DNA from: an uncultured Clostridia bacterium
Lineage (GTDB): Bacteria; Bacillota; Clostridia; TANB77; CAG-508
Assembly: GCA_934162615.1 (NCBI GenBank)
Contig: CAKPJK010000001.1
Coordinates: forward strand, 29,754 to 93,753
Direction of reading: 5' to 3'
DNA: 64,000 bases
The position numbers and the translations under genes were made by a program. Below are positions 1 to 9,949 of this stretch, one piece after another. Each line of letters begins with the position of its first letter. Position 1 is the first letter of the stretch. The notes beneath the pieces are model-generated. The model had not been told where the DNA came from. It searched no databases and saw nothing but the letters and a program-made list of their open reading frames with translations.

Positions 1-641
1 CAATTGTTACGGAATATGAAGGTACAACAAGAGACACAATAGAGGAATTTGTTAATATAGAGGGCGTTCCTTTAAAATTAATAGACACCGCAGGCATAAG
101 GGACGCTAAAGACGAAGTTGAAAAAATAGGAATAAAGAAGTCTAAGGAAATTGCAAATGATGCAGATTTAGTTATAGCAATATTTGATAGTTCTAAGGAA
201 TTAACTGCAGAGGATGAAGAAATTTTAAATATTATAAAAAATAAAAAATCAATAATTTTGTTAAATAAAGCAGATTTGAATAGTGTTTTGACTGAAAATG
301 ATGCTAAATTTAAAAAAATTACCGAAAATGTTATAAAAATTTCTGCATTAAATGGAGAAGGATTGGAAAAATTGTACAATTTAATATCTAAAATGTTTAG
401 TTTGGAAGAAATAAATGTAGATAATGATGTTATAGTTACAAATTTAAGACATAAAAATTTAATTTCAAAAGCAATCGAAAATGTAAAAAAAGCAAAAAAT
501 ACTGTTCAAGAAAATATGCCAATTGATATAATTGCAATTTTTATAAAAGATATTTTGGAAGATTTAGGAAATATAACAGGAGAAGTTGTAACTGATGATA
601 TAATAAATGAAATTTTTTCTAAATTCTGTTTAGGAAAATAA
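1..641 (+). CDS. mnmE: tRNA modification GTPase MnmE (TrmE), C-terminal part; 5' end outside window
   Basis: Frame open from pos 3 to stop at 639-641. Translation IVTEYEGTTRDTIEEF..LIDTAGIR (G3), LNKAD (G4), C-terminal FCLGK tail typical of MnmE. Followed by mnmG, as in the conserved origin-region synteny. Confidence 0.9.
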   Translation, partial: IVTEYEGTTRDTIEEFVNIEGVPLKLIDTAGIRDAKDEVEKIGIKKSKEIANDADLVIAIFDSSKELTAEDEEILNIIKNKKSIILLNKADLNSVLTENDAKFKKITENVIKISALNGEGLEKLYNLISKMFSLEEINVDNDVIVTNLRHKNLISKAIENVKKAKNTVQENMPIDIIAIFIKDILEDLGNITGEVVTDDIINEIFSKFCLGK

Positions 642-1094
642 CACCATAAAATTATCACGAGAATCCAAAATAAACTAAATTTACACAAAAACCAGTATAA
701 TTTTATAGGTAAGACATTAAAATTGAAATAAAACGAAAATAAGAAAAATTTTGAAAAATAATATAAAAAATTTTAAAATTAAAATTGCTAATGTAATAAA
801 CAAAAATAAAAAATAAAAAATTGAATAAAAAATAATCAAATTATTAAATTTAAAAAATAAAAATATAAATAATGTAAATTAAGAAACAGAAAAGTAACTT
901 TATTAATAAAATAAAAACCAAAAATTTAAAATAAACAGAAAATGTATACAAATTGTGGAAAAAAATTGAGAAACAATTCAAAAAAATAGGCGAACAAATA
1001 TTGTGGTATACATAAGATATTTTGGTTAACCTATAGGATAAGCACTATATCGTAAAATTAAATTAAAACACGTTATCCTACGGGAATTGAGATG

Positions 1095-1111
1095 TTCGAC
1101 AAAATTCGACA
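1095..1111 (-). promoter_or_regulatory. Two perfect Spo0A-box heptamers (TGTCGAA) in tandem, 10-bp phasing, about 85 bp upstream of mnmG
   Basis: Plus strand reads TTCGACAaaaTTCGACA (1095-1101, 1105-1111), i.e. TGTCGAA twice on the minus strand. Intergenic position. Confidence 0.4.
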
Positions 1112-1194
1112 AAATATAACTTGCACTGATTAGTTAAAATGGTTTGGAATATTAAAAAAACAGTGTTTTCTGTTTCTCAGGGAAAGGAAAAAAC

Positions 1195-3075
1195 ATGAGT
1201 TATTACGCAGGAGACTACGATGTAGCAGTTATTGGAGCAGGACATGCAGGCTGTGAAGCAGGGCTTGCATCAGCAAGATTAGGAATGAAAACATTAGTGT
1301 TTTCTATCAGCCTAGAAGCAGTAGCAAACATGCCATGTAATCCACACATAGGAGGAAGTTCAAAAGGCCATCTAGTTAGAGAAATTGACGCACTAGGTGG
1401 AGAAATGGGTAAAAATATTGACAAAACAATGATTCAAATAAAAATGTTAAACACATCAAAAGGACCAGCGGTCCATTCTTTAAGAGCACAAGCAGACAGA
1501 AAAAAATATCATGCAGAAATGAAACATACTTTAGAAAAACAAGAAAACTTATTCTTAAAACAGGGAGAAATTGTGGATATTAAAGTAGAAAATGGCAAGG
1601 TAGTGGGGATAGAAACAGCAGTTGGAGCAATATATGGAGTAAAAGCAGTTATAGTTGCTACAGGAACGTATCTTAAAGGAAAAATATTTATGGGAGAATT
1701 TTCACAAGAAAGTGGACCAGATGGAGTTGCTGCCGCAAATAAGTTATCAGAATCATTAAAACGTATAGGTGTTGATTTAGTAAGGTTTAAAACGGGGACA
1801 CCTGCAAGAATAAATAAAAGAAGCATTGATTTCAGTAAAATGGAAGTTCAAAAAGGAGATGAAAATATTGTACCATTCTCTTTTGAAGATGAAATAAAAG
1901 ACCTAAAGCAAGTAGATTGCTATCTAACCTATACAAATGAGAAAACGCACCAAATAATAAGAGATAATTTGCATAGGTCACCATTATATGGCGGAGAAAT
2001 AAAGGGAACAGGGCCTAGATATTGCCCATCTATAGAAGATAAAGTTGTTAGATTTAGTGACAAGCCAAGACATCAGGCATTTGTTGAACCAGTTGGAATG
2101 GATACAGATGAAATGTATATACAAGGGTTAAGTTCTTCTTTACCAGAAGATGTACAAATTGCTTTATATCACACAATACCAGGACTTGAAAATGCCGAAT
2201 TTACAAGGTCTGCATATGCTATAGAATATGATTGTATAGATCCATCAAACTTAAAACTTTCACTAGAGTATAAAGGAATAGATGGTCTATTTATGGCAGG
2301 GCAAACAAATGGAACTTCTGGATATGAAGAAGCTGCATGTCAAGGATTAATTGCAGGAATAAATGCAGCACAAAAAATAAAAGGAAAAGAACCAGTGATT
2401 TTAGACAGAACTCAAGGATATATCGGTGTTTTAATTGATGATATCGTTACTAAAGGAACAAATGAACCATATAGAATGATGACTTCTAGGGCCGAATATA
2501 GACTACTTTTAAGACAAGACAATGCAGATTTAAGATTAACAGAGATTGGACATGATGTTGGCTTGATTTCTGAGGAAAGATATCAAAAATTCTTAACAAA
2601 AAAAGCAAATATTGAAAAAGAAATTGTAAGATTGAAAAATACTATTGTAAAACCAACTCAAGAAGTGAACGAATTGTTGATGAACTGTGGAACATCACCT
2701 CTTACAACAGGCACAAAGATGAATGAACTTTTAAAAAGAACAGAACTTAATTACGATAAATTGGCTTCAATTGATCCAGGAAGACCAGAATTAACTTTGC
2801 AAGAGAAAGAAGAAGTTGAAATTCAAGTTAAATATGAGGGATATATTAAAATGCAAGAAGAGCAAGTTGAAAAATTCAAAAAAATGGAGACTAAATTGTT
2901 GCCTGAGGATATTGATTACAGTTCAATTAATGGCTTATGTTTAGAGGCAAGACAAAAACTTGATAAACTTAGACCACGCTCAATTGGACAAGCATCAAGG
3001 ATTTCAGGAGTTTCTCCAGCTGATATATCTGTACTTTTAATATATTTACAAGTAAATAAAAAAGCTAATAAATAG
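1195..3075 (+). CDS. mnmG: tRNA uridine-5-carboxymethylaminomethyl modification enzyme MnmG (GidA)
   Basis: 626-aa ORF. N-terminal FAD motif [11 protein letters not shown], then typical GidA sequence ([11 protein letters not shown], QINGTxGYEEAA-like). SD GGAAAGGAAA upstream. Confidence 0.97.
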   Translation: MSYYAGDYDVAVIGAGHAGCEAGLASARLGMKTLVFSISLEAVANMPCNPHIGGSSKGHLVREIDALGGEMGKNIDKTMIQIKMLNTSKGPAVHSLRAQADRKKYHAEMKHTLEKQENLFLKQGEIVDIKVENGKVVGIETAVGAIYGVKAVIVATGTYLKGKIFMGEFSQESGPDGVAAANKLSESLKRIGVDLVRFKTGTPARINKRSIDFSKMEVQKGDENIVPFSFEDEIKDLKQVDCYLTYTNEKTHQIIRDNLHRSPLYGGEIKGTGPRYCPSIEDKVVRFSDKPRHQAFVEPVGMDTDEMYIQGLSSSLPEDVQIALYHTIPGLENAEFTRSAYAIEYDCIDPSNLKLSLEYKGIDGLFMAGQTNGTSGYEEAACQGLIAGINAAQKIKGKEPVILDRTQGYIGVLIDDIVTKGTNEPYRMMTSRAEYRLLLRQDNADLRLTEIGHDVGLISEERYQKFLTKKANIEKEIVRLKNTIVKPTQEVNELLMNCGTSPLTTGTKMNELLKRTELNYDKLASIDPGRPELTLQEKEEVEIQVKYEGYIKMQEEQVEKFKKMETKLLPEDIDYSSINGLCLEARQKLDKLRPRSIGQASRISGVSPADISVLLIYLQVNKKANK

Positions 3076-3146
3076 GAACTGAAAGAATTATAATAGAATA
3101 TTTATTAATATGAAATTATTAAAATAAATATTTTAAAGGAGATAGT

Positions 3147-3869
3147 ATGAATATAGAAGAATTTAAAGAAATAATGATATCATATGATTCAAAAATAGAA
3201 ATAAATTTTACCGAGGAACAAATAAATAAATTTTATAAATATATGAATTTGTTATTAGAATGGAATGAAAAAATTAATTTAACGGCAATAATAGAACCCA
3301 AAGAAGTAGTTTTAAAACATTTTATAGATTCACTAACAATAAATAAATATTTAAAACAGAATTCAACACTTGCAGATGTTGGTACAGGAGCAGGTTTTCC
3401 GGGAATACCATTAAAAATAGTAAGACCTGATTTAAAAATTACATTAGTTGATTCTCTAAATAAAAGAATTAATTTTTTAAATATTGTTATAGATGAATTG
3501 GAACTAAAAAATATAACGACTGTTCATAGTAGAATTGAGGATTTTGGAAAAAATAAACAGTATAGGGAAAAATTTGATTATGTTACGGCAAGAGCGGTTG
3601 CAAATTTAGCGGTTCTTTCTGAGTATTTGTTGCCAATTACAAAAGTTGGAGGACAGGCTATTGGTATGAAAGGTAGTAATGTTAAAGAGGAAATTGATGA
3701 CGGAAAGAAGGCAATTGAAATTTTGGGCGGAAAGTTAAATTGCGTTGATGAGTTTGTTTTGCCTGATTCTGATATTTTTAGAAATGTTGTTATAATTGAT
3801 AAAATTAAGAATACTCCTGGAAAGTTTCCTAGGAAAGCAGGGGTTCCTTCCAGGGAACCAATTAAATAA
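3147..3869 (+). CDS. rsmG: 16S rRNA (guanine527-N7)-methyltransferase RsmG (GidB)
   Basis: 240 aa. SAM motif DVGTGAGFPGIPLKI. SD AAAGGAG 8 nt upstream. Follows mnmG. Confidence 0.95.
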   Translation: MNIEEFKEIMISYDSKIEINFTEEQINKFYKYMNLLLEWNEKINLTAIIEPKEVVLKHFIDSLTINKYLKQNSTLADVGTGAGFPGIPLKIVRPDLKITLVDSLNKRINFLNIVIDELELKNITTVHSRIEDFGKNKQYREKFDYVTARAVANLAVLSEYLLPITKVGGQAIGMKGSNVKEEIDDGKKAIEILGGKLNCVDEFVLPDSDIFRNVVIIDKIKNTPGKFPRKAGVPSREPIK

Positions 3870-3870
3870 A

Positions 3871-3907
3871 AAACCATTATATTTTTATAGTGGTTTTATT
3901 TTTTTTT
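3871..3907 (+). terminator. Rho-independent terminator after rsmG
   Basis: aaaccattat / atagtggttt stem (one G-U pair) followed by a T-run. Confidence 0.7.
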
Positions 3908-4115
3908 AACGATTCCTCATTGAAAGATATATACCTCAAAGGGGGAGGCTTTGTATACAAAAAATTTTTTGGTGTTATGAACTGAAAAAAATACAAAAAA
4001 ATATGAAAAAATTAACAAAAATATTGACTTTTAATCAAAAATTGTATAAGATAAATATAGCAAAAAAACAAATTGACAAGTAAATATTTACATAAAAGAA
4101 ACGGGGGCAAAAAAA

Positions 4116-4880
4116 GTGGGAAAAATAGTATCAGTAGCAAACCAAAAAGGCGGAGTAGGAAAGACTACAACAACAATAAACTTAAGTACAATGCTAGCAA
4201 AAAAAGGAAAGAAAGTATTACTAATAGATGCAGATCCTCAAGGAAATGCAACAAGTGGAGTAGGAGCAGAAAAAGAAGTAGAATACTCAACATATGACAT
4301 ATTAGTATCAGATGTTGATATGGTACAAACAGTAGAAAAAACAATGATAAAAAATTTATTAGTATGCCCATCAAACATAAATCTAGCAGGAGCAGAAGTA
4401 GAATTAGTATCAATGATGTCAAGAGAACAAAGACTAAAAGAAAAATTAGACGAAGTAAGAGATAAATTTGACTACATATTAATAGATTGCCCACCATCAT
4501 TAGGACTAATAACATTAAATGCATTCACTGCTTCAGACAGTGTTTTGATACCAGTACAATGTGAATACTATGCATTAGAAGGACTTGGACAACTGCTAAA
4601 CACAATAAACTTAGTAAAAAAACACCTAAACAAGACACTAGAAATAGAAGGAGCACTTCTAACAATGTATGATGCAAGAACAAATCTATCAAACCAGGTA
4701 GTAAAGGAAGTAAAAAAATACTTTGGAGACAAAGTTTACAAAACTGTTATACCTAGAAATGTAAGGTTAAGTGAAGCACCAAGTTATGGAATGCCTATAA
4801 CAGAATATGACCCAAAATCTAAGGGAGCAAAGACATACGAGAAATTTACAAAAGAATTTTTAAAAATTAATAATGGATAA
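4116..4880 (+). CDS. parA: Chromosome partitioning ATPase ParA/Soj
   Basis: GTG start. Deviant Walker A NQKGGVGKTTT. 254 aa. Followed by parB. Confidence 0.93.
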   Translation: MGKIVSVANQKGGVGKTTTTINLSTMLAKKGKKVLLIDADPQGNATSGVGAEKEVEYSTYDILVSDVDMVQTVEKTMIKNLLVCPSNINLAGAEVELVSMMSREQRLKEKLDEVRDKFDYILIDCPPSLGLITLNAFTASDSVLIPVQCEYYALEGLGQLLNTINLVKKHLNKTLEIEGALLTMYDARTNLSNQVVKEVKKYFGDKVYKTVIPRNVRLSEAPSYGMPITEYDPKSKGAKTYEKFTKEFLKINNG

Positions 4881-4894
4881 AATAAGAGAGGAAA

Positions 4895-5755
4895 GTGATA
4901 AAAATGCCTAAAATGACTGGATTAGGAAAAGGGTTGGATGCTTTATTTGGACCAACACCAGAAGAAGAAAAAATAAAAGATGATGATGTACTTAAAAATT
5001 TAAAAATAACAGAAGTAGAGCCAAACAGAGAACAACCAAGAAAAAACTTTAATCAAGAAGCATTAGAAGAACTAGCAGATTCAATAAAAGAATATGGATT
5101 AATACAACCAATAGTTGTAACAGAAAAAGATGGATATTACTGTATAATCGCAGGTGAAAGAAGATGGAGAGCGTGTAAACTAGCAGGATTAGAAGAAATA
5201 CCAGCGATAGTAAGAGAAGACGACGAAAAAAAGAATAAAGAAATAGCATTAATAGAAAATATTCAAAGAGAGGATTTAAATCCATTTGAAAAAGCATTGG
5301 GAATCAAAAATTTAATGCAATCATACAACTTAACACAAGAAGAAGTTGCAAAAAAATTAGGAAAAAGCAGAAGTACAATAGCAAACTCAATAAGAGTTTT
5401 AAACTTAGAGCCACGTGTATTAGAACTAGCAAAACAAGGCAAAATATCCGAAGCACACTGTAAATTGTTGCTTGCAATAACAGATCCAGAAAAACAATAT
5501 TTAACAGCAATTGATATTATAGAGAGAGGAACAACAACAAGAGAATTAGAGCAAACAAATAAAGAAATAAACAAAAAGCAAGTATCAAAAGAGGAATTGA
5601 AAAAAATAAATATCTTATACAAAGATATAGAAAATACTTTCCAAGGATTTTTTGGAACAAAAGTAAAAATGGCTCCAGGAAAGAAAAAAGGAAAAATAAT
5701 AATAGAATATGCATCAAATGATGATTTAGAGAGAATTTTAAATATTATAAAATAG
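4895..5755 (+). CDS. parB: Chromosome partitioning protein ParB/Spo0J (start may be the ATG at 4904)
   Basis: GLGKGLDALF N-terminus, ParB box IIAGERRWRA, HTH region LTQEEVAKKLGKSRSTIANSIR. Confidence 0.93.
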   Translation: MIKMPKMTGLGKGLDALFGPTPEEEKIKDDDVLKNLKITEVEPNREQPRKNFNQEALEELADSIKEYGLIQPIVVTEKDGYYCIIAGERRWRACKLAGLEEIPAIVREDDEKKNKEIALIENIQREDLNPFEKALGIKNLMQSYNLTQEEVAKKLGKSRSTIANSIRVLNLEPRVLELAKQGKISEAHCKLLLAITDPEKQYLTAIDIIERGTTTRELEQTNKEINKKQVSKEELKKINILYKDIENTFQGFFGTKVKMAPGKKKGKIIIEYASNDDLERILNIIK

Positions 5756-5768
5756 AAAGGTTGATTAA

Positions 5769-6284
5769 ATGCAGGAAATAACTGAAATTTTAAAAACAGA
5801 TAATTATTTGTTAAGTTTAAGTGTATTAGTTTTAATATTATTTATTGGAGTCATAGTATTATTAATAAATAATGTTAATATGTCAAGAAAATACAAAAAC
5901 TTTATGAAAAAATTAGGAAATGGCAAGGATCTAGAAGAAGATTTAAGCAATTATATGTATAGAGTTGACAGAGTTGAAAAACAAAATGGTCAAATAATGG
6001 AATTTTGTAAAAGCCTAGATAATGATTTATCAAAATGTATACAAAAAGTTGGAGTTGTTAGATATAGCGCTTTTAAAGATACAGGAAGTGATTTAAGTTT
6101 TGCAGTAGCATTATTAGATGAGCAAAATTCAGGTGTTGTATTTAATGGCATTTATTCTAGAGAGATGTCTAATATTTATGCTAAACCGGTTGAAAAGGGT
6201 AATTCTTCTTATACATTGTCTGCGGAAGAGGCAGAGGCTATTAGAAGGGCTATTAATTCAAATAATGTATATAGGGAAAAATAA
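5769..6284 (+). CDS. DUF4446-family protein (conserved partner downstream of parB in Firmicutes)
   Basis: N-terminal TM, then VGVVRYSAFKDTGSDLSFAVALLD..GVVFNGIYSRE..YAKPV pattern as I recall for DUF4446. Synteny after parB. Confidence 0.75.
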   Translation: MQEITEILKTDNYLLSLSVLVLILFIGVIVLLINNVNMSRKYKNFMKKLGNGKDLEEDLSNYMYRVDRVEKQNGQIMEFCKSLDNDLSKCIQKVGVVRYSAFKDTGSDLSFAVALLDEQNSGVVFNGIYSREMSNIYAKPVEKGNSSYTLSAEEAEAIRRAINSNNVYREK

Positions 6285-6330
6285 ATTAGGGATAATTATA
6301 ATATATCAAAAAAAGAATAAAAAAGTCAAT

Positions 6331-7653
6331 TTAGGCTTTTTTATTCTTTTTTTCTATTGTACACACATTTTTCCATGCTATTAAAATACATATCATAAAG
6401 ATTAACATATGCCTGTATGTGAATCTCGTGTGAATAATGGTATGATTACTTAGTACTAAATACCATACGATAGGCATTAATGAAATTAATAATATTGGTA
6501 ATGTTATATTTAAATAATCTTTTTTATTTTGTAATTTAATTTTATATTTATTTATATTTAATAAAAAGATAAATATTCCAAAGTTTCCAATAATAGCACT
6601 ATAAATTATATTTGATAATGTAAAACTTCCTATTACTTCTGATATTTTTGTTGTTTTAAAGCTTACACTTGTTTCAGTTCTATAAATAACTTGCAAAATA
6701 GCACTTTTAATAATACCTTCATTATATAAAATATCATATATAAGCCATTTGCTAAACCAAGTTAATGCATAACCTAATAACCATATTAGACTTGATTTTA
6801 TTATGATTTCTATAAAATATTTATATTGTAAATCGCTATTTTCTTTTTGTTTATAAGTTATATATAAAATTAATGGAATAGCAAGTGTAATTAAAGGAAC
6901 TGTTAAATAATCTACGTAATTTGTTATACACGCAATTATAAAAATAAATAAATATAAATTTTTAATTTTATCAATTCTTTTAAGTAATATTATACTTGAT
7001 ATCATCATAACTAAAAATACAGGAGCACTTTCTAAAGAATAGGATACCAAAAAATATCCATATAATATTAATGAAACTGCAAATATTCCGGCATTTATTA
7101 TTCCTATTTTATTTTTAATTAATTTTATTAACCAAATAAATAAGAATATAAAAATAATTAATAAAAGAATGCGAATTTCACTAATATTAAAAAATATTAA
7201 CAATGTTCTAAGGATAGGTAAATATCCATGCCAATAACGAGCATATGTGACAGATGTATCAATATTTCCATCTAAAAATTCAGCTAATTCTCCAACAGTG
7301 TCATAATCTTCAATATTATTTAATGAAATTGAATCTCCATTTTGATCAGTAAGTGAATTTTTTGTGATATTTTTGTTATAGTTTTTTCTTACAGCCATGC
7401 ATGAATAAAGTGGATTTTTGTTGTCTATAGAGTAAGCTTCGTTTATCATTAATGCATCTGTATAATTATTATTTACAACGTGTGACCAATCAAAAAATTG
7501 ATACAAATTTCCTTCTTCTGTAAGTATTTTTGAGGATTTTTTTATATTTTTTTCTATTATATTTGAAGGAAATAAAGAACTTATAAATAATAAAAAAATA
7601 AATATTAATAATAATCCTAAAAAAATTAAAGGGTATTTAATTATTCTTTTCAT
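6331..7653 (-). CDS. Polytopic integral membrane protein, function unknown; operonic with the GT2 gene
   Basis: 440 aa, at least 9 hydrophobic segments. Start lies 2 nt from the stop of the upstream GT2 gene. Confidence 0.6.
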   Translation of the reverse strand: MKRIIKYPLIFLGLLLIFIFLLFISSLFPSNIIEKNIKKSSKILTEEGNLYQFFDWSHVVNNNYTDALMINEAYSIDNKNPLYSCMAVRKNYNKNITKNSLTDQNGDSISLNNIEDYDTVGELAEFLDGNIDTSVTYARYWHGYLPILRTLLIFFNISEIRILLLIIFIFLFIWLIKLIKNKIGIINAGIFAVSLILYGYFLVSYSLESAPVFLVMMISSIILLKRIDKIKNLYLFIFIIACITNYVDYLTVPLITLAIPLILYITYKQKENSDLQYKYFIEIIIKSSLIWLLGYALTWFSKWLIYDILYNEGIIKSAILQVIYRTETSVSFKTTKISEVIGSFTLSNIIYSAIIGNFGIFIFLLNINKYKIKLQNKKDYLNITLPILLISLMPIVWYLVLSNHTIIHTRFTYRHMLIFMICILIAWKNVCTIEKKNKKA

Positions 7654-7654
7654 T

Positions 7655-8377
7655 TTATTTTTCTCTTTTTCTTTCTATTTTATATTTTTTTCTATTTAAT
7701 GATAATTTACATATTAAATTTAAATGTCTAAAACCATCTTGTATAGTTTTTAAATGAGGTTTTTTATCTCGTAAGTCTTTTTTTAATATAGTTGGAACCT
7801 CAGTCATTTTTAAATTATTAATTTTTGCAATTATTATCATTTCACTTGCGTATTCCATTCCAAGATGAGATAAATTTAAATTAGTTATGCTTTGTGTTTT
7901 ATAAGCACGTAATCCACAATGGTAGTCCTTTATAGGTGTGTGAAATAATAAATTTGCAAAATCAGATAGAAATTTTACGCCTATTTTGTGAGATAAAGGC
8001 ATGGCACCTTTTTCAATACCACCTTTAAATCTGTTTCCAACTACTAAATCATAGTTGTTATGTAAATTTTTTAAAAATCCTTCTATATGATAAAAGTCAT
8101 AACTTCCATCAGAGTCACCCATTATGCAGTATTTGCCATATGCGTGTTTAGTACCGTTTATTAATGTGGCTCCATAACCTTTTTCTTTGCAAATAACAAC
8201 TCTTGCACCATTTTCTTTTGCTATTTTTACACTATTATCTGTGCTATTGTTGTCTGATACAAGTATTTCTGCATTTAAATTTTTGTCTTTAATGCATTTT
8301 TGTATTTCTTTTATGCAATATTCCAATGTTTTTTCTTCATTTAAACATGGTAATATAAATGTATATTCTTTTTCCAT
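7655..8377 (-). CDS. Family 2 glycosyltransferase (polyprenyl-phosphate sugar synthase-like)
   Basis: ILPCLNEE..., SDNNSTDNS, GYGATL and GDSDGSYD (DxD-like) motifs. 240 aa, no TM. Confidence 0.85.
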   Translation of the reverse strand: MEKEYTFILPCLNEEKTLEYCIKEIQKCIKDKNLNAEILVSDNNSTDNSVKIAKENGARVVICKEKGYGATLINGTKHAYGKYCIMGDSDGSYDFYHIEGFLKNLHNNYDLVVGNRFKGGIEKGAMPLSHKIGVKFLSDFANLLFHTPIKDYHCGLRAYKTQSITNLNLSHLGMEYASEMIIIAKINNLKMTEVPTILKKDLRDKKPHLKTIQDGFRHLNLICKLSLNRKKYKIERKREK

Positions 8378-8495
8378 TTTCCTTTTCCTATTTCTTTTTT
8401 TTGATTTATTTTTAAAAATAAATTTGTCTTATAGAAATTAGTATAAGGTATGAGAAAAATTTTGTCAACATATTAAAAAAATATGAAAAAATCTA

Positions 8496-8524
8496 TTGAC
8501 AAATGTTTTTTAAAATGGTAATAT
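8496..8524 (+). promoter_or_regulatory. Sigma-A type promoter for the tRNA-Ser pair
   Basis: TTGACA (8496-8501), 17-nt spacer, TAATAT (8519-8524), about 45 nt before the tRNA. Confidence 0.5.
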
Positions 8525-8567
8525 AAATACTGTCGTTAGGCAATTTCAAAATATTTGTCTAAAATAT

Positions 8568-8659
<92 letters not shown>

Positions 8660-8733
8660 AATATTTTAAAGATATAAGACCATAAATTTATAATTTTATA
8701 GATTTAAGATTTTATATCTTTATTTTTATATAT

Positions 8734-8823
8734 GGAGATGTACCCAAGTGGTGAAGGGGACTGTTTGCTAAACAGTTAGGTCCCGAAAGGGGCGCGGAGG
8801 TTCGAACCCTCTCATCTCCGCCA
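8734..8823 (+). tRNA. tRNA-Ser (anticodon GCU), CCA encoded
   Basis: GGAGATG acceptor stem, anticodon stem-loop ACTGT-TTGCTAA-ACAGT, long variable arm, GGTTCGAACCC T-loop, 3' GCCA. Confidence 0.9.
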
Positions 8824-8834
8824 ATAGGCTTAAG

Positions 8835-8866
8835 GTACTGGTATTGAAATATATCAGTACTTTTTT
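8835..8866 (+). terminator. Terminator after the tRNA pair
   Basis: GTACTG...CAGTAC stem followed by TTTTTT. Confidence 0.6.
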
Positions 8867-8937
8867 GATTATTTTTTTAAAAAGCATTGACTAAAATTAA
8901 AAAAATGTAGTAAAATTAAGAAAAAAGTGAAAAAAAG

Positions 8938-8966
8938 TTGAAAAATAAAAAAAAATAAGTTATAAT
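8938..8966 (+). promoter_or_regulatory. Sigma-A type promoter ahead of the pilin-like genes
   Basis: TTGAAA (8938-8943), 17-nt spacer, TATAAT (8961-8966). Confidence 0.45.
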
Positions 8967-8996
8967 TATTTTGTAGGCAAGAAAGTTGGTGATATA

Positions 8997-9350
8997 GTGC
9001 ATAAATTAAAAAAGATATTTTTTATAGTAATTACAAATATATTTATTATATCAAATATATTTAATGTAACTTTCGCATACATAAATCCGGGTGACTATAA
9101 GCCATCTGAAGTAACACAATCAGATTACCAAACTGCGTTTACCAAAGCAGGAGTTGTGTTGGGTGCAATTAGAAATGTAAGTGTAGTTGTATCAGTAATT
9201 GTTTTAATGGTAATAGGAGTTAAATATATAATTGGTAGTGTAGAAGAAAGAGCAGAATACAAAAAAACAATGATTCCATATATTATTGGATGTGTATTAG
9301 CTGTTTCCGGTACAACTCTAGTATCATTTATATATAATGCAGTAAAATAA
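8997..9350 (+). CDS. VirB2/TrbC-like T4SS pilin candidate, paralog 1
   Basis: GTG start. Signal peptide ending VTFA, then a two-TM hairpin with charged loop: VVSVIVLMVIGVKYIIGSVEERAEYKKTMIPYIIGCVLAV. Topology typical of VirB2. Confidence 0.6.
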   Translation: MHKLKKIFFIVITNIFIISNIFNVTFAYINPGDYKPSEVTQSDYQTAFTKAGVVLGAIRNVSVVVSVIVLMVIGVKYIIGSVEERAEYKKTMIPYIIGCVLAVSGTTLVSFIYNAVK

Positions 9351-9356
9351 AAGTAG

Positions 9357-9875
9357 GTGAAAATAGTGAGAAAGAAAGTATTTATAATATTTTTTTTGAT
9401 ATTTGTATTATTTCCAATAATATCTAATATAGATATAGTACAAGCACAATCATTTTCTACATCAGGACAGAGTCAATCATCTAACACCAATAATGGCAAG
9501 ACAAGTACTAATGGAAGTACTAATAAGGGGTCAAACTCATCAGCGGGATCAACGAGTACAGATTCTGGCACATCACTTTCAGATGTAATTTCTGGTGGAG
9601 ATTCATTTATTTCAGATGGTAAAGAGGGTTCTGCTCAAATAAACAAATGGCAATTGGAAGGAGTTTCTTCAAGTATATATAATATTTTATTAATATGTGG
9701 TGTTATAGTGGCGGTAATAATTGCTTCAGTTTTAGGAATAAAATTTATGTTAGGTTCGGTAGAAGAAAAAGCAGATATCAAGGCAGCTATGGTTCCATTT
9801 ATAATAGGATGTGTTGTTGTATTTGGAGCATTTGGAATATGGAAAATTGTAGTTACAATTGGAAATGATTTTTAA
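9357..9875 (+). CDS. VirB2/TrbC-like pilin candidate, paralog 2, with S/T/N/G-rich insert (start 9357 or GTG 9366)
   Basis: Signal peptide ending VQA. About 45 aa of low complexity (SGQSQSSNTNNGKTSTNGSTNKGSNSSAGSTSTDSGTS). Same hairpin motif GIKFMLGSVEEKADIKAAMVPFIIGCVVV. Confidence 0.6.
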   Translation: MKIVRKKVFIIFFLIFVLFPIISNIDIVQAQSFSTSGQSQSSNTNNGKTSTNGSTNKGSNSSAGSTSTDSGTSLSDVISGGDSFISDGKEGSAQINKWQLEGVSSSIYNILLICGVIVAVIIASVLGIKFMLGSVEEKADIKAAMVPFIIGCVVVFGAFGIWKIVVTIGNDF

Positions 9876-9949
9876 ATAAGTTTTTAAAGTTTACTTAGAA
9901 AACTAGGTAATTTTTTATATAAAATATAATAAAAAGGGAGGAAATCAAA

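Noticed and set aside
642-1194. Long AT-rich mnmE-mnmG spacer with DnaA-box-like 9-mers (TTTTCCACA-like at about 973, TTATCCTAC at about 1072); possible oriC or DnaA-box cluster
   Set aside because: Only imperfect boxes are present, with no clustering of consensus TTATCCACA and no adjacent dnaA/dnaN. AT-rich low-complexity sequence yields such near-matches by chance.
4073-4297. Track ORF encoding a Lys/Arg/Ser-rich 74-aa product overlapping the parA start
   Set aside because: It is an alternative frame of the well-supported parA gene, with low-complexity translation and no independent signals.
5405-5422. CACGTG core inside parB, considered as a parS site
   Set aside because: The flanks (AGAGC-CACGTG-TATTA) do not fit the TGTTNCACGTGAAACA consensus.
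4165-5717. Multiple Leu/Phe-rich antisense ORFs opposite parA/parB. Similar shadow ORFs lie opposite virB4 (12367-12792), the VirB6-like gene, spmA (36510-36980), murA (40318-40584), pgcA and the giant genes (e.g. 50517-50903, 59313-59561).
   Set aside because: These are typical shadow ORFs on the antisense strand of purine-rich coding strands. The sense-strand genes have clear family motifs.
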